Shown here piece after piece: positions 62,289-64,000 of a stretch of DNA of 64,000 nucleotides. Origin of the DNA: an uncultured delta proteobacterium (GTDB lineage Bacteria; Myxococcota_A; Polyangia; Polyangiales; Polyangiaceae); NCBI GenBank assembly GCA_963806225.1, contig CAWDXG010000002.1, positions 30,787 through 94,786 of the forward strand. Reading direction: 5' to 3'. The notes below the pieces were generated by a model, which saw only the letters and a list, made by a program, of their open reading frames with translations, was not told the DNA's origin and did not search any database. Position numbers and translations under genes: made by a program. How positions within the stretch are numbered: position 1 is the first letter of the stretch; every line of letters begins with the position of its first letter.

Positions 62289-64000
62289 TTGAATCGCACC
62301 TGCAGCCAACCCATTGCGTCGATGTGTTGCGGATCCGAGGTGTCGGGATCCGTCACGACGCAGGGTGACGCCTGCCCGGCAGGACGATGACCCGAATAGG
62401 GAAAGGCCGTGAGGTTCATCCAGCCAGGAACATCGAACAGCGGAATCGAGGTGGATACCGACGGTACGATTATCTGCGCGCTGCCGAAGTAGTCGCCCCA
62501 CCACGCCGAGTTGGGGGGGAATCCGCTGATTCCCAGCGATTGCGTGTCCGCGCAGACAAAGTTGTCGACCCGCGGCGCCAGATAGTTGTTCGCAGCACCG
62601 GGGACCAACGAGACGAAGTCGAACAATCCAGCATTCGTGATTGTCGTACCGTAGGGTGCCACGTAGCGATCGTTGGCGTTGACGGCGCGGTGATTCGACA
62701 TATAGACGGCCTGCCAACCGAGCCCCGAGGAACCCGCCGCAAGCGGGTCGAGAATGGACCGATCGGTATACTGGATCATCGGCCAGAATTGCTGGTGGAT
62801 GTCGTTCGTCGCGACGGCCTGGAGCACTGCCGTGGAGCCAAGCGACCGGCACGCGCCTGTCTGATCGAGCTCGACAACCTGGACATGTTGGTGGCCGGAA
62901 TCGCTGTACACGTAGGCAAAGCGAAGCACACCGGCGTCACCATCGTCGTAGCCGATATCGAACCAGTACGGGAAAGCTTGCGACATCTCGATGGCTTGCG
63001 CACCGGTCCCGATGAATGGCCCGTAGTCCTGCAGCCCGGGCGCCATCGGTGCCGGAAAGGTTCCTCCTCCGAGCTCGCAGGTGTTCGAGAGCGAGAAGTA
63101 CGTCCACTCGTCCGCCTGCGCGCAGACGTTCGCCTCGACGCCATTGTTCAGCACTTCTGGGTCGTTCGGGCCGGGACACCGCCATCCGGCGGGACAGTCC
63201 GAGTCCACCGTACAAGGCTTCCGACGGCACAGGCCACCATCACAGGCTTGAGACGGTTGGCAATCGGAATCCGCAGAACAAGTGCACATGCCTCCGCGCA
63301 CACAATCGAGCAAGGGACACTCCACGTCGGTCGTGCATTGCTCGAAGCTCGTGGGCCCGATACAGTGGCCGTCCGCACCGCACGTGGGCGCGGTCAGCGG
63401 GCAGTCCGAATCCGAGGTGCATGCGGGTCCGGTGCAGTAGCCGTCCGTGCCACATGTGGGCGCGGTGACCGGGCAGTTCGCGTCGGTGCTGCAGGTGCAC
63501 ACGCCAAAAGTGTCGCACGATTGCGTCGCACATTGATCCGTGCTCGGGTCCCCGCTGCACGCAACACCACTGTCGATAGAAGCTTGAGTGAATTCTGCGA
63601 GCAGGATTTCCGGCGTGTCCGTGTCGGTTGGTTCCTTGACCGTGGAGAGGAAAACAGCCTGGCCGCCTTCCGGAGCGTCGATGCAATCGTCGCTGACCAG
63701 CTGCGAGCACGGTATTGCCGAGCGAAGCACGGGGCGTCGGTTGCCGATCGCTGCGTCCGGAATGCAGTCAGGTGCCGACGACTCGGAACAGCGCTTCACC
63801 TCGACAAATGTGTCCCAGCCGTCCAACGGATCCAGGTTGTGGAAGACCCGCACGGTATTCTTGCCCCGGTCTTCGACGGCCACCCATAGGCGTTCGTGCC
63901 AATCGACCGTGGCGGCGATCTTGTCGATTCGCGGCCCAGTGTAGCCCCCAAAATCCGTCGTGGAGATCACGCGATGGCAGCTCGCGACACCGTCCGTGTC
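62285..64000 (-). CDS. Large Cys-rich extracellular protein (5' end outside window)
   Basis: Repeated CxxDxDC units, duplicated CPxTAPTCGxDGxC, WGDY motif. Confidence 0.75.
   Translation of the reverse strand, partial: DTDGVASCHRVISTTDFGGYTGPRIDKIAATVDWHERLWVAVEDRGKNTVRVFHNLDPLDGWDTFVEVKRCSESSAPDCIPDAAIGNRRPVLRSAIPCSQLVSDDCIDAPEGGQAVFLSTVKEPTDTDTPEILLAEFTQASIDSGVACSGDPSTDQCATQSCDTFGVCTCSTDANCPVTAPTCGTDGYCTGPACTSDSDCPLTAPTCGADGHCIGPTSFEQCTTDVECPLLDCVRGGMCTCSADSDCQPSQACDGGLCRRKPCTVDSDCPAGWRCPGPNDPEVLNNGVEANVCAQADEWTYFSLSNTCELGGGTFPAPMAPGLQDYGPFIGTGAQAIEMSQAFPYWFDIGYDDGDAGVLRFAYVYSDSGHQHVQVVELDQTGACRSLGSTAVLQAVATNDIHQQFWPMIQYTDRSILDPLAAGSSGLGWQAVYMSNHRAVNANDRYVAPYGTTITNAGLFDFVSLVPGAANNYLAPRVDNFVCADTQSLGISGFPPNSAWWGDYFGSAQIIVPSVSTSIPLFDVPGWMNLTAFPYSGHRPAGQASPCVVTDPDTSDPQHIDAMGWLQVRFN

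Larger units (their letters stand above)
53226..64000. mobile_element. Genomic/defence island (other end outside window)
   Basis: att fragment, visibly more A/T-ending codons, defence-type cargo, IS. Confidence 0.7.

Overview
High-GC myxobacterial-type DNA (Polyangiaceae-like by gene content: MYXO-CTERM protein, three Ser/Thr kinases, Gly/Thr- and DAG-rich lipoproteins; the taxon is an inference). Bases 1-53200 are ordinary core and envelope genes: MCP, L,D-transpeptidase, three sulfatase-like proteins, a GldAFG-like ABC system, queG, htpG, pdxH, a cold-shock protein, a hybrid histidine kinase, prpE, a class III FBPase and a DUF4398-OmpA pair. A displaced tRNA-Glu-like 3' end at 53204-53225 marks the edge of a compositionally different island that runs past the window end. 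The island carries a HEPN-like gene, a NucC/DUF6602-like nuclease, a double-zinc-ribbon plus Pol-beta nucleotidyltransferase operon, a sensor-fused diadenylate cyclase and a decayed CdnE-like CD-NTase. An IS110/IS1111 element sits at the end of that remnant, and its bridge-RNA target guides can be read directly from the sequence. A XerC/D dif-like site lies just beyond the IS. Five or six genes carry single-base frameshifts that are probably sequencing errors; three of them fall on the same hexamer (AGATCC). All family assignments come from reading motifs by eye, not from database searches.
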